A stretch of DNA of 59,996 bases, the filler included, from Hausera hauseri (Eukaryota): NCBI GenBank assembly GCA_046269625.1. It is 11 parts of 11 records of this genome, joined end to end, with 100 filler letters (N's around TTAATTAATTAA, not from the genome) between each part and the next. Parts side by side here need not be neighbours in the genome. Positions count along the whole stretch, not along the records: positions 55,788 to 59,996 come from JBJURY010700105.1; 10 more parts are not named here. One strand, 5' to 3'. Both the position numbers and the translations under genes were made by a program. Under the pieces are notes generated by a model. It searched no databases. It had not been told where the DNA came from and was given only the letters and a program-made list of their open reading frames with translations. This document shows, piece by piece, positions 59,951 through 59,996 of the stretch. How positions within the stretch are numbered: position 1 is the stretch's first letter; each line of letters starts with the position of its first letter.

Positions 59951-59996
59951 TGTATGTATGTATGTATGTATGTATGTATGTATGTATGTATGTATG
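59921..59996. repeat. (TATG)n microsatellite
   Basis: 19 perfect units running to the window end. Confidence 0.99.

Overview
This window is not one locus. It is a concatenation of 11 short contigs (about 4-9 kb) joined by a 100-nt artificial linker (N44-TTAATTAATTAA-N44), so adjacency across linkers means nothing. The DNA is eukaryotic, mostly an AT-rich invertebrate metazoan with one teleost-like fragment (a ptpro exon), and is dominated by decayed mobile elements. These are: three copies of a CsRn1-type Ty3/Gypsy family; pieces of large Gypsy elements with env-like and accessory genes; a Gypsy gag with four zinc knuckles; three fragments of Polinton/Maverick-type protein-primed PolB elements; an RTE-like LINE; and a probable SINE. 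Intronless host-gene fragments (CERT START domain, DCST1, integrin alpha, DNAH10, MON2) are also present, often joined abruptly to unrelated DNA. The most interesting signals are host-like modules inside retroelement polyproteins. (1) An LTR element whose decayed reading frame runs Gag -> unknown -> Bcl-2-like domain -> signal peptide -> class III-type Env, with no pol in between. (2) A ubiquitin-like domain ending in RGG|M, in frame with the start of Gag in two diverged CsRn1-type copies. (3) A possible env-before-pol gene order plus a second, FN3-like type I membrane protein after integrase. (4) An open in-frame Pol-integrin alpha fusion, which may be an assembly chimera. All protein family calls come from recognising motifs by eye; no searches were run.
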